DNA of 64,000 nucleotides from Candidatus Woesearchaeota archaeon (GTDB lineage Archaea; Nanobdellota; Nanobdellia; Woesearchaeales; 0-14-0-80-44-23), in the NCBI GenBank assembly GCA_038874135.1, contig JAVZCZ010000001.1, forward strand, positions 1 through 64,000, read 5' to 3'. Positions 38,591 to 48,299 of this stretch are shown here, in pieces. Made by a program: the position numbers and the translations under genes. Numbering within the stretch: position 1 is the first letter of the stretch; each line of letters opens with the position of its first letter. Below the pieces are notes generated by a model that did not search any database, was not told the DNA's origin, and was given only the letters and a program-made list of their open reading frames with translations.

Positions 38591-39742
38591 TTATTCCTTT
38601 TTAAGGTTTGCAATCAGCTTTGGAATGCCCGTGCCTATAGGCACCGGCTGGTTTATCATCACATTCTCAATTATTGAGTTTAGATTGTCTGATATTCCAA
38701 GCATGCTCGCCTGTGCTATATGCCTGAATGGGGTTTCAAATGATGCCTTTGCCAGCACGCTGGACTTGTCCTTTATCACGCCATACCTTGTTATTCCCTT
38801 GACGCTTCCCGTGGAGCACATTGTGTCCGCTACCAGCATCAGGTGCCTCAGGTCTATTACTAATCCTTGCGACTTCATAACGGAGTATGTCTCGTTTATT
38901 ATCGCCTGCCGTGCAGCTTCTATTCCTAAGACCCTTTCAATTTCAAATATGTCGTTGCTTATCGTTCTTGTAGAATCTACAAATGGTAGTTCTAAGACCT
39001 CTTTGAGGTTTGTTCCTGAGGTCATTATCATGAACTCGTCACCCCTCTTTACGGGGAGCACATATGCTATTCCTTTTATTCCGCTTATGAATGCGTTTTT
39101 AACCCTGTCTTTTAAGCGGTAGAGCTCGTTGAGTCCTGAGTTTTCTTCTTTCGCCTTTATTGTGAAGATTATATCCTCGCCTTCCTGTTTTGTCTTGCAG
39201 GACGCGCCCTTGATTGCATTCTTCAATGCGCTTTTTATCTTCTCCTCGTCTATTGAGCGTTCTTCAATGCTGCTTCTGCGTATTCTAACTTCAATTGCCT
39301 CTTCAGCTATGTCTATTGAGAATTCAGTTGCTATGTCTGAGAGTTTTGTCTCTTTGAGCATCATTGCTATCTTTTTTATGTCCTTGCCTTCTGAGTAGGG
39401 CTTCTTTAGGTATATCTCCATCATCGGCGTCTTTATTGACTCCCTCGCATCTAGCACCTCTATGATTCTGGGAAGTCCTGTTGTTACATTCATCTCAGAT
39501 ACGCCTGCGAAGTGGAATGTGTTAAGCGTCATCTGAGTGCTCGGCTCTCCTATGGATTCTGCAGCGACTAGGCCAACTGCTTCTCCAGCGTCCACCTTTG
39601 CCTTTTCATATTCTTCTACTGCTCTATCAAGTATTCTTTTCAGCTTTGCTTCTGAGATGTTTTCAGGTATTTCCTGTTCAATCTCAGCCAGGACGCTTGC
39701 GGGAAGCCTGTTTTCGTATTCTTTGATTATCTTGTTCATCAT
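38591..39742 (-). CDS. rpoA2: RNA polymerase subunit A'' (Rpo1C)
   Basis: [37 protein letters not shown]. Confidence 0.97.
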   Translation of the reverse strand: MMNKIIKEYENRLPASVLAEIEQEIPENISEAKLKRILDRAVEEYEKAKVDAGEAVGLVAAESIGEPSTQMTLNTFHFAGVSEMNVTTGLPRIIEVLDARESIKTPMMEIYLKKPYSEGKDIKKIAMMLKETKLSDIATEFSIDIAEEAIEVRIRRSSIEERSIDEEKIKSALKNAIKGASCKTKQEGEDIIFTIKAKEENSGLNELYRLKDRVKNAFISGIKGIAYVLPVKRGDEFMIMTSGTNLKEVLELPFVDSTRTISNDIFEIERVLGIEAARQAIINETYSVMKSQGLVIDLRHLMLVADTMCSTGSVKGITRYGVIKDKSSVLAKASFETPFRHIAQASMLGISDNLNSIIENVMINQPVPIGTGIPKLIANLKKE

Positions 39743-39750
39743 TCAGCACC

Positions 39751-42372
39751 TCATCTTGAAAGTTCTTCCTGGATTATCTGCTTGACATCTACCTTTCCAC
39801 CTATTGAGCGCGAGACATCTACTCCGTCTTCTCCGTACTGGAATTGGATTATTCTGTTGTTGGAGTCCCTCACTGTGCCGTCGTATTCAACCTTTATGTC
39901 CTGCATCGCGTTTGCCAGGCGCCTGTAAAGGTATCCTGACTTTGGAGTTCTGAGAGCAGTGTCCATGAGCGAGTCCCTTCCTGTCATTCCCATGAAGAAG
40001 AACTCAGCAGGTTTTAATCCCTCTTTGAATCCACTAGCTATGAATCCTCTGGCTTTACTTCCCAAGTCGTTCTTTTCAAATGCGGATAATGTTCTATCCG
40101 TGTAGCCGTAGCTTATCCTGTTTCCCCTTAGGGACTGCTGCCCTACGAATGCTGCCATCTGTGTTATGCTGAGGAAGTTTCCTCTCGCTCCGGATTTCAC
40201 CATTATTATGTTGTCTGTTTCCTTCTGAGTAGCTTCAAACACTATCTTTCCAGTTTCGTTTCTTGCCTTGTTTAGCACTTCAAGTATTTTCACTTCTAAT
40301 GTTTCTGCAACGCTCCTTCCCGGAAGTGCTAGGAGTTCTCCGCTCTTGTACTTGCTTATGAGCTCGTTGACTTCCCTGTCTGCATTCCTTACAAGTTCTC
40401 TTATCTTCTCCTTTACATCCTCTTTGAGTTCAAGGTCTGAAATAAGGCTTGTGAATCCGTGCAGGGTGAGGGTGTTGACTCCAAGCTTGAAGATTCTTTC
40501 AAGGATTTCAAGGGAGTCCTGTCCATACTTTCTGTTTATCTCCGCAAGCATTCTTCCAGATTCTTCTCCCAGATTGTTCTTGTCCATGACGCCGCAGATT
40601 AGCTCTCCATTTCTTATGAGCACGTAGCCGTCGTTTTGGCATTTTTCCTTCATGCATTTCTCGTGGTGCTTGCACAGCCTGGATGTTCCTTCAAAGTTGA
40701 AATCTGGAGGGAGCACCTGGCTGAAGATTTCCCTGCCGTTCAGCTCCTTCTTCTTAGGAAGCCGTGAGAAGTCAGTTATTCCTGAAGCGTACAGCAGGTT
40801 TATCGCCTTGTCTCTAGGCAGGGTCATCTCCTTAGTTAGGAGGTATAGTCCCGAAATTGCGTCCTGTATGCATCCTATGACTGTAGAGCCGTACCTTGGG
40901 CTTATGATTTGTGTTCTCACTTCCATAAGTAGTTCTGCCTCTGCTCTCGCTTCTTCTGTCTGCGGAATGTGCAGGTTCATCTCGTCCCCGTCAAAGTCAG
41001 CATTGTACGGGTGGCACACTGCAGGGTTGAGCCTGAATGTCTTATAAGGCAGTATTTTTACCCTGTGGCACATCATGCTCATCCTGTGAAGTGAGGGCTG
41101 CCTGTTGAATATTGCGATGTCCCCATCCATGAGGTGCCTCTCAACTATGTAGCCCGGCTGAATTTCTTCCAGCAGCTGCTCCTTGGTTTCTTCAGTTATC
41201 TTCTTCTTCTTGCCGTCAGGCCTTATCACATAGTTTGCTCCCATCATCTTTGTGGGGCCGTTCTGCACGAACTTTTTGAGATAGTCAATGTTCCACTTTG
41301 TCACCCTTTCAGGTATTGTGAGCTTCATCGCTATTGATTCTGGGACGCCAACTTCGTCTAGTGCTATGCTCGGGTCTGGGCTTATCACTGTCCTTGCTGA
41401 GAAGTTTGTTCTCTTTCCAGCCAGGTTGTGCCTAAGCCTTCCTTCCTTGCTCTTCATCCTGTCCATCAGCGTCTTGAGAGGCTGTCCGCTCCTGTGCCTC
41501 GCTGGCGGGAGCTGTGCAATGTTGTTGTCAAAGAATGTGGTTATGTGATACTGCAGCAGGTCCCACAGGTCTTCAACTATTATCTCCGGGGCTCCTGAGT
41601 TTATGTTCTCATACAAGCGCTGGTTTATCCTTACAATGTCACCCAGCTTGTGAGTCAGGTCGTCCTCGCTTTTTTCTCCAGATTCGAGGGTTATGCTTGG
41701 CCTCATTGTTACCGGCGGTATTGGGAATAATGTGAGAACCATCCACTCAGGCCTTGCGTGCTGAGGATTAAAGCCCAAAAGCTCGCACTCATCATCTGAT
41801 ACCCTTTCCAGTCTCATCCTTATCTCTATGGGTGAGAGGCGCTTGTCATCTTCCAGGAATGTAGTGGGTTTTTCTATTGCGAGTTTTCCCTGCTTGGCTT
41901 GGCAGTGTGGGCACTTTTCGGATTTTCTGGCTGCAGATATCACTTCTGCTACTGTGCGCATTATTGCTTCTTCATCGTTTGTCTTCTTGACATTTTCCAG
42001 TTTGGCTTTGAAGTGTGCTATCTTTTTGTCATCCAGGAGTATTCTTCCACAGCTCCTGCAGGTAGCCTTTAATACTGAGAATATTGGCCTTACAAACTTC
42101 ACATGTATTACGGGTCTTGCCAGTTCTATGTAGCCGAAGTGTCCGGGGCAGTCCTTTAGGCTGCTCCCGCAGGTCTTGCACCTCAGCCCCGGGTCTATTA
42201 CGCCGAGGTGAGTGTCCATGAGGCCGCCCTCTACTGGGAAGCCCTCCTTGTCGTACAGCTCTGGAGTTATTATCTTGACTGTAGCCATCTTTTTTATTAT
42301 CTTTGGGCTGAGCAGTCCGAATGTTACCCTTTCAATTTGTTTGTAAAAGTATTCTTCTTCCATTTTCTGCAC
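39751..42372 (-). CDS. rpoA1: RNA polymerase subunit A' (Rpo1N)
   Basis: CPGHFG, NRQPSLH, YNADFDGDEMN, TPKSGYLYRRL. Confidence 0.98.
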   Translation of the reverse strand: MQKMEEEYFYKQIERVTFGLLSPKIIKKMATVKIITPELYDKEGFPVEGGLMDTHLGVIDPGLRCKTCGSSLKDCPGHFGYIELARPVIHVKFVRPIFSVLKATCRSCGRILLDDKKIAHFKAKLENVKKTNDEEAIMRTVAEVISAARKSEKCPHCQAKQGKLAIEKPTTFLEDDKRLSPIEIRMRLERVSDDECELLGFNPQHARPEWMVLTLFPIPPVTMRPSITLESGEKSEDDLTHKLGDIVRINQRLYENINSGAPEIIVEDLWDLLQYHITTFFDNNIAQLPPARHRSGQPLKTLMDRMKSKEGRLRHNLAGKRTNFSARTVISPDPSIALDEVGVPESIAMKLTIPERVTKWNIDYLKKFVQNGPTKMMGANYVIRPDGKKKKITEETKEQLLEEIQPGYIVERHLMDGDIAIFNRQPSLHRMSMMCHRVKILPYKTFRLNPAVCHPYNADFDGDEMNLHIPQTEEARAEAELLMEVRTQIISPRYGSTVIGCIQDAISGLYLLTKEMTLPRDKAINLLYASGITDFSRLPKKKELNGREIFSQVLPPDFNFEGTSRLCKHHEKCMKEKCQNDGYVLIRNGELICGVMDKNNLGEESGRMLAEINRKYGQDSLEILERIFKLGVNTLTLHGFTSLISDLELKEDVKEKIRELVRNADREVNELISKYKSGELLALPGRSVAETLEVKILEVLNKARNETGKIVFEATQKETDNIIMVKSGARGNFLSITQMAAFVGQQSLRGNRISYGYTDRTLSAFEKNDLGSKARGFIASGFKEGLKPAEFFFMGMTGRDSLMDTALRTPKSGYLYRRLANAMQDIKVEYDGTVRDSNNRIIQFQYGEDGVDVSRSIGGKVDVKQIIQEELSR

Positions 42373-42376
42373 TCTC

Positions 42377-44191
42377 CTACTTGTATTTGCTCTTAAGCAC
42401 GAGTTTTGGATATATGCACATTGATCTCAGCTCGTCTAGCAGCAGCTTAAAGGCGTAGCTCATCTCTACATCTACTACTGAGCTTTCTTCTCCGCATATT
42501 GGACAGAAGGACTTCTTGCTGTACCTGTCGTGCACTGCTATCATTCCGCAGGTTTCACATATTGGCACTACTGTTCTGTCAGCGTCAAACCTCTCTTTTA
42601 GTAATAGTGAGGTTCCGTGGGCTACGAAGCAGTCCTTTTCCATCTCTCCAAGTCTTAAGCCGCCTTCCTTCGCTCTGCCCTCTGTCGGCTGTCTAGTTAG
42701 GAGCTGTATTGGTCCTCTCGCCCTTGCGTGTATCTTGTTTGCCACCATGTGCTTCAGTTTGAGGTAGTACATCTCTCCTATGAATATCCTGGCTTCATAG
42801 ATTTCTCCCGTCTCGCCGTTGTACATTGTCTCTGTGCCGTTGTCCCTGAAGCCCATTGCGAGCAGCTCTTCTCTGAGCTTCTGTTCAGGTTCGGAGTCAA
42901 ACATTGTTCCATCCACATACCTTCCTGAGAGTGATCCTACCTTTCCGCCTATTGCCTCTATCAGGTGGCCTACTGTCATTCTTGAAGGTATGCTGTGGGG
43001 TGAGAATATTATGTCGGGAACTATGCCCGATGCAGTGTAGGGCATGTCTGCAGGGTCTATTATTAAGCCTACGACTCCTTTCTGTCCATGCCTGGATGTA
43101 AACTTGTCTCCTATCTCTGGAACTCTCGGGTCTCTGATGTTTACTTCAACTAGGCGATTTCCCTCTACGCTTTCTGTCAAGATTACTGAGTCAACTATTC
43201 CGCCTTCTCCATGTTTTACTGCTACTGAGCTTTCTCGCCTGTCTATTGAGGATAGATTAAACTGCTCTAAGCTTGAGGTGAATCTTGGCGGGCTCGTCTT
43301 GCCTATTATGACATCCTCCTCTTTTACTCTTATTTCCGGCGAGATTATGCCGTCCTCTTCTAAGTACTTGTACGCTTCTTCTGAGCGGTACCCCTTTACA
43401 TCCTTGTCCGGTATGCATATGGTGTCGGTCATTCCTCCAGGGTATCTGAGCTCTTCTGCCTCTGCCGGCCTGAAGTATGTGCTCCTTCCAAACCCCCTGT
43501 CTAGGGATGCCCTGTTGAGGATTACTGCGTCCTGCATGTTGTAGCCCTTCCATGCCATTATTGCTACTACTACATTCTGTCCTGCAGGGTGCTTTTCGTA
43601 GTGGGAGAGCTCTGTCATCATCGTGCTCACTATCGGCACCTGGGGATAGTGCAGTATGTTTGTGTCCATGTCCATCCTTATAGGGAAGTTTGAAGCGTAT
43701 ATTCCAAGACCTTGTTTCTGGTTTTTTGAGCCAGCGTTTAATCTTGTGCTCGGGTCGTGGTTTCCGTAGGGAACTAGAGATGTGCACAGGCTTACCATTG
43801 CTGAAGGCATTATTTCCAGATGCGTGTGCTTGTCAGTTAGTTCCTCTTCCGAGAATGCGATTAGGCAGTTTTCCTCTTCTGCAGCGTCTATGTATTCTAT
43901 TATTCCCTGCTTTACGAGTTCATTCCAGGAGAGTTCTCCCTTCTGTACTCTTTCCAGGTGCTCCTTTGTGAGCAGTGGCTTTCCATTCTTAACAACTATG
44001 AGTGGCCTTCTGAGTCTTCCCCTGAATGTTTCCACTTCTACTTCTCCAGTTTTTTCAATGTAGCGCACATTTAATTCTGTAGGCAGTTTTCCTGCTCTTC
44101 GCGATTCTATAACCCTTTTGGCGAATTCCGCCGGGTTTTCTACTTTTCCTATGAATTTTCCGTTAAGGTAAACTTCTCCTGCCATTTTCAT
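42377..44191 (-). CDS. rpoB1: RNA polymerase subunit B' (Rpo2C)
   Basis: GYNMQDA, GDKFTSRHGQKG, LTRQPTEGRAKEGGLRLGEME. Confidence 0.97.
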   Translation of the reverse strand: MKMAGEVYLNGKFIGKVENPAEFAKRVIESRRAGKLPTELNVRYIEKTGEVEVETFRGRLRRPLIVVKNGKPLLTKEHLERVQKGELSWNELVKQGIIEYIDAAEEENCLIAFSEEELTDKHTHLEIMPSAMVSLCTSLVPYGNHDPSTRLNAGSKNQKQGLGIYASNFPIRMDMDTNILHYPQVPIVSTMMTELSHYEKHPAGQNVVVAIMAWKGYNMQDAVILNRASLDRGFGRSTYFRPAEAEELRYPGGMTDTICIPDKDVKGYRSEEAYKYLEEDGIISPEIRVKEEDVIIGKTSPPRFTSSLEQFNLSSIDRRESSVAVKHGEGGIVDSVILTESVEGNRLVEVNIRDPRVPEIGDKFTSRHGQKGVVGLIIDPADMPYTASGIVPDIIFSPHSIPSRMTVGHLIEAIGGKVGSLSGRYVDGTMFDSEPEQKLREELLAMGFRDNGTETMYNGETGEIYEARIFIGEMYYLKLKHMVANKIHARARGPIQLLTRQPTEGRAKEGGLRLGEMEKDCFVAHGTSLLLKERFDADRTVVPICETCGMIAVHDRYSKKSFCPICGEESSVVDVEMSYAFKLLLDELRSMCIYPKLVLKSKYK

Positions 44192-44201
44192 CTTCTCCTC
44201 T

Positions 44202-45701
44202 TTATTGCGTGGTTATTTTTTGTTCCCTGACTCCAAGCTCTTTTAGCACTTTTAGAACATCTTCCTCGTTTGCACTTTGCGAGATGCTTGCCAGTAGTGC
44301 CAGATTCTTTTTGAGTCCGATGTTTGTTCCCTCAGGAGTTTCTATAGGGCATAATCTTCCCAGGTGTGTTGGGTGCAGAGCTCTTGCTTCAAAGTTTTCC
44401 TGAGTTGCGCTGAGGGGGCTTACGACTCTCTGCAGGTGTGATAGTGTTTCTAAGAAGTTTAGGTGCTGTATCCTCTGACTTATTCCCTTCCTGTTGCCAA
44501 CCCAGCTTCCAGTTGCCATGCTGGAGTATATCCTATGCGTAAGCAGCTTGTCTCTTATTACAACTCTTAATGACGGGAATTTTCCCCTCTTGACTATCCT
44601 CTGGAAGTTGTAGAGCATATCTTTTATTAGCATGTTGAAATTCACTCTGAACAGATCTGCCAGCAGGTCGCCGCTCATCTTTATTCTCTTATTGGCATAG
44701 TGATCCTTATCATCAGGGGGTATCTCTCCGAGTGATACGAGCTGGAACTTCTTTATCATCTTGCAAAGATTCTGCGCCTTTAGGATTCTACTCTGCTTTG
44801 TTGTTCCTAAGTGTGGCAGAAGGAACCTGTCAATTATCTCTTCTATCCTCTGCAGGCGAACTTCCCTCGGCTGGGTTATGCCCGTCTTCTTAGCCAGGTA
44901 GTCTAAGGCGTCTTCCGAATTTGTTATGTCTGCGAACTGGTAAAGGTTTACGAGCACATCATCGTACTGCACATCTTCACTTATGCTCCTCATTATGTCT
45001 TGGTCTTTAACTATGCCCAGCGCTTTTATTAGCAGTATTACTGGCGCCCTTCGAACCCTTGTGAATGTGATGTAAAATATTCCGTCTTTCATCTTTTCTA
45101 TCGTGTGGGGAATCCTGAAGGCTGCGCTTTCCGAGAATATCTTTCCCGTAAACTTGCTGGGCCCGCTCTCGCTCTCAGTAACTAAGAACCTGTTTGCTGC
45201 GAGGTCCTCCACTTTTACTAAGACCTTTTCGCTTCCGTTGATTATGAAGTATCCTCCCGGATCTTCAGGGTCTTCGCCGTGTTCTATCAGTTCTTCCCTG
45301 TTCATCTTGCTCAGGTGGCAGTATTTTGACTTGAGCATTATGGGCATGTTACCTATGTATGCGTTAAACTCTTCCCTCTGCACTCCGTCTATTATCACGC
45401 TCATGTTCAGGTGCATCGCTGCAGCGTATGTTATTTTTCTCAGACGCGCCTCCCACGGATAAACAGGCCTTGTGCTTCCGTCCGCTTCTACAAGCATCGG
45501 AGTTTCAACCTTTATCTTGTTGAGCTTTATCTTGTAACTTTCCACATTGTTAGGTATTATTGTGGGCTCTATAATCTTGTTCTCGTCAATTATCTCCTGC
45601 AGCCCGTAGTCTATGAAGTGGTTGAAGGATTCTATGTCTGAATTTACGAAGGACTGCTCGCTGAAATATTTCCTGCAGAGAATTCTTCCGGTTTCATTCA
45701 A
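44202..45701 (-). CDS. rpoB2: RNA polymerase subunit B'' (Rpo2N)
   Basis: [36 protein letters not shown]. Confidence 0.97.
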   Translation of the reverse strand: MNETGRILCRKYFSEQSFVNSDIESFNHFIDYGLQEIIDENKIIEPTIIPNNVESYKIKLNKIKVETPMLVEADGSTRPVYPWEARLRKITYAAAMHLNMSVIIDGVQREEFNAYIGNMPIMLKSKYCHLSKMNREELIEHGEDPEDPGGYFIINGSEKVLVKVEDLAANRFLVTESESGPSKFTGKIFSESAAFRIPHTIEKMKDGIFYITFTRVRRAPVILLIKALGIVKDQDIMRSISEDVQYDDVLVNLYQFADITNSEDALDYLAKKTGITQPREVRLQRIEEIIDRFLLPHLGTTKQSRILKAQNLCKMIKKFQLVSLGEIPPDDKDHYANKRIKMSGDLLADLFRVNFNMLIKDMLYNFQRIVKRGKFPSLRVVIRDKLLTHRIYSSMATGSWVGNRKGISQRIQHLNFLETLSHLQRVVSPLSATQENFEARALHPTHLGRLCPIETPEGTNIGLKKNLALLASISQSANEEDVLKVLKELGVREQKITTQ

Positions 45702-45927
45702 GTTTTACCACCCTGTAGAAGATTGATTCGCCAGCAATCTGGCTCTTTCTTGTTATCTTTATGATGTCTCCCGGCTTTGCGTTTAGATGCGCAATTGCAG
45801 GATCCCTTGCAAGTATTACTGGCATCTCGTTTTCAGTTATGCCGTATTTTTCTAGAAGAGCCTTTTTTTCCCCTTCGGAAAGCTTTTCGTGCTCGGGGAC
45901 AAGCACATGCTCAATCTTTTTTGACAT
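45694..45927 (-). CDS. rpoH: RNA polymerase subunit Rpo5 (H)
   Basis: [14 protein letters not shown]...[15 protein letters not shown]. Confidence 0.96.
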   Translation of the reverse strand: MSKKIEHVLVPEHEKLSEGEKKALLEKYGITENEMPVILARDPAIAHLNAKPGDIIKITRKSQIAGESIFYRVVKLE

Positions 45928-45954
45928 TTTCTTTTCCTCGCCTTTTTAGCATGA

Positions 45955-46065
45955 TGGGCCGGAGGGGATTCGGACCCCCGACAACCTGATTAAAAGTCAG
46001 GTGCGCTATTGCCCACGACACCTTGACATTTTCATGGTGAGCGCTCCAGGCTGCGCCACCGGCCC
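45955..46065 (-). tRNA. tRNA-Lys(TTT) with 37-nt non-canonical D-loop intron (46009-46045)
   Basis: GGGCCGG/CCGGCCC-A; CCTGA-CTTTTAA-TCAGG; BHB with GCCU/GGGC helix and GG|A, AA|U bulges regenerates D-loop AGCCUGGUA. Confidence 0.9.
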
Positions 46066-46070
46066 AAAAA

Positions 46071-46143
46071 CGCCCTGGCCGGGATTTGAACCCGGGTCGG
46101 AGCCGTGACAGGGCTCCATGATAGGCCGCTACACTACCAGGGC
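46071..46143 (-). tRNA. tRNA-Asp(GTC)
   Basis: GCCCTGG/CCAGGGC-G; GAGCC-CTGTCAC-GGCTC; GGTTCAAATCC. Confidence 0.96.
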
Positions 46144-46151
46144 TTCCTTTT

Positions 46152-46241
46152 GCATCGGGAAGTTTGAAAGCATCACGAGTGTTCTTCTCAATTTTGTATG
46201 TGAGAATGTTTCATCATGATGGCAAGCAAGCTCCCCGACAC
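46152..46241 (-). ncRNA. Candidate structured RNA (90-nt hairpin containing a box C-like AUGAUGA) ahead of tRNA-Asp
   Basis: Stems GUGUCGGG/CCCGAUGC, CAUCAUGA/UCGUGAUG, UUCUCA/UGAGAA; TATA at 46271-46278. Confidence 0.45.
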
Positions 46242-46327
46242 CTTCTTCCATTTGAGTAGTTTGGCATCCATTTTTAAATCTTTTGGTTTTTGGCAGTTTT
46301 TTAGAATTTCTCGGAAAAGAATTGGAA

Positions 46328-46450
46328 TCCCCTCCCCCGGACTTGAACCAGGAACCTTCCGGTGACGGCTGTCCCGATTTCATTCATGCTCTCTCGGAGT
46401 TGTCTTCGGGAATCTACAGCCGGACGCTCTAACCATTGAGCTAGGAGGGG
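46328..46450 (-). tRNA. tRNA-Tyr(GTA) with 50-nt intron at 37/38 (46364-46413)
   Basis: CCCCTCC/GGAGGGG-A (C1-G72); TCCGG-CTGTAG[intron]A-CCGGA; GGTTCAAGTCC. Confidence 0.9.
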
Positions 46451-46542
46451 CTCAACTTTTTTTTGGGTTTAGGAATTTTGTTTATAAAGTTTGTTGTTTT
46501 TTAGATTTTTAAGATGAATAAGAAAGAATAAAAATTTTCTTT

Positions 46543-47997
46543 TTACTCGCTTTCTTCCTTCCTGGATCTAATCCACACCTCGTTTGAAACTGCTTTGTAC
46601 TCCTTATTGTTTATAGTGTAGCGCGCAACTGCAGGTTTCAATCTGAAGCTTCCCACTATTGCAAGTCGCGATTTTATCTTGTAACTTATTAGTCTCTCAT
46701 CGTATGGTTCCATCCTTTCTATGTTCCACTTTATGAGGGTTCCGCTGGCTATGTTCTTTGTTATGTTGTCAGGCTTTATGGTGCCGGCTTGGAAGTTGTC
46801 TTCCACATCTGCTATGTCAGGCACTATGTCTACAACTCTTAGGTTGTGTATGCTATTCTTTCCCCTATTCTTTATGTTTATCAGAACCTTTAACTCTGCG
46901 ATTCCGCCCTCTTCCTGCACAATTACCTTCGCCTTCTTGGTCATCTCCACAGGCGGTTTTAGGTAGTAGTAGGCTGCAATCAGTCCCGCTATTGCTATTA
47001 GCAGCAGGGCTATTCCCCTGTAGTTTGTAGTCATTGTAATCTTCTGCTCCGACCTCGGCTGCACCTCTACATTCCAGCCTATAAGCTTCTGGCTTCCAAC
47101 TTTTACCCATTTGGCTTTTGGACTAGTTCTCAGGAATAGGTTCTGGAAGAATCCGACCTTTTTGGTTATGAGCTTTGTTCCCGGAGCGTTCCCCGCATTT
47201 GACACAGTTATTATAGTTACCCTTTTGAGTAGGAAGCTCGTGGTGTCTTCTCTCTCACTTATTAAGGAGTAGCCCTCTATCCTGAATGTTTTTGAAATCT
47301 CCTTAAGCAGGTTTCCATTCTCGTCATAAACGCTTATCTGCAGAGAGTCTTCTCCCGGATTTTGCAGCGGGTCCATGCTTACTGGTACCTTCACAGTAAT
47401 TTTTGAAAGCGGGTCCATGCTAACTTCCTTCTCAAACAAGATTATTCCGGCAGTGTCTGTAACCTTTAGCTTTAGGTTGTTCCTCTTTATTGGAATCTTT
47501 GATTCAATAATTACTGAGAATTCTCCTCCGATTCTGGGGTCTATGCTTTCCGGAACCTGAGCATCTAACCTTATAATGTCTCCAGCGGTTGGCGTCTGAA
47601 TGTTTATGGGAAGTGAAACCTGCTTTTCAATTCCAGTATTTTCTGATCTTACACTTATCACTATATTGTATGTTCCTGCGGGCCAAAGCTTTGCAGGCTC
47701 CACATTTATTGTTGTTGTTCTTTCTTGAAGCCCCGGGATGATTATTCCGGTGAAGTAGTCTGAAAGCTCTTCTGTTCTGATTATCCAGCTGAGGTCCTTG
47801 CTGAAGCTTAGGGTGAATCTGTCCTGTTGCGGCAGCTTGTTTTCAATTATTACTTCAAACTTTGCGGATTCGGGAGTTTCAGCATAAACATTTATAACAT
47901 TTTTTATCGGGTTTACTCTTATGTTGAAGTCAGCTCTTACGATTATTGGAGCAATTAAAATAAGCCATAGAAAGATTGCCCATTTCGCATTTTTCAT
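46543..47997 (-). CDS. Membrane-anchored Ig-like/CARDB-type surface protein (ORF track starts at 48033)
   Basis: Signal peptide, beta-rich repeats (VSNAGN, IKNRG), internal TM; AGGTGG SD before ATG 47997. Confidence 0.7.
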   Translation of the reverse strand: MKNAKWAIFLWLILIAPIIVRADFNIRVNPIKNVINVYAETPESAKFEVIIENKLPQQDRFTLSFSKDLSWIIRTEELSDYFTGIIIPGLQERTTTINVEPAKLWPAGTYNIVISVRSENTGIEKQVSLPINIQTPTAGDIIRLDAQVPESIDPRIGGEFSVIIESKIPIKRNNLKLKVTDTAGIILFEKEVSMDPLSKITVKVPVSMDPLQNPGEDSLQISVYDENGNLLKEISKTFRIEGYSLISEREDTTSFLLKRVTIITVSNAGNAPGTKLITKKVGFFQNLFLRTSPKAKWVKVGSQKLIGWNVEVQPRSEQKITMTTNYRGIALLLIAIAGLIAAYYYLKPPVEMTKKAKVIVQEEGGIAELKVLINIKNRGKNSIHNLRVVDIVPDIADVEDNFQAGTIKPDNITKNIASGTLIKWNIERMEPYDERLISYKIKSRLAIVGSFRLKPAVARYTINNKEYKAVSNEVWIRSRKEESE

Positions 47998-48173
47998 AGC
48001 ATTACCACCTTTTTCCTTAAAAGCCGTCGGCATTTAAAAATATATCTGTATAGCAAAATGGTTTATTGTCTTTAAATATTTTTCTATGCGTCTCTTCTCT
48101 TTACCCTGTCCCGGCATAAAAATCTTTTTAGCAGAAGTTTTATAAAGAAAACATTCAACCACTTTTGATGTTC

Positions 48174-48247
48174 GGGGCTGTAGTGTAGCTTGGCTATCAC
48201 TCATGCTTGGGGTGCATGCAACCCGTGTTCGAATCACGGCAGCCCCA
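48174..48247 (+). tRNA. tRNA-Pro(GGG)
   Basis: GGGGCTG/CAGCCCC-A; CATGC-TTGGGGT-GCATG; GTTCGAATC. Confidence 0.95.
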
Positions 48248-48299
48248 CTTTTCTTTTTTTTCAAAACGCTTTTAAAATGCATCAGCATATTCCTCTTAG

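Noticed and set aside
38543-38593. Stop-codon readthrough of rpoA2 (short open frame after TAA)
   Set aside because: An A-rich spacer containing the rpl30e SD; no recoding signal.
33475-45701. Inteins in Lhr or RNA polymerase subunits
   Set aside because: Lengths are normal and no intein splice-junction or LAGLIDADG insertions were seen.
48034-48288. Short ORFs over tRNA genes (also 46129-46383, 45777-45989) and the many antisense ORFs in the track (e.g. 28292-28834, 62458-63192, 49866-50441)
   Set aside because: They overlap tRNAs or lie antisense to well-supported genes, with Ser/Phe/Leu-rich shadow composition and no motifs.
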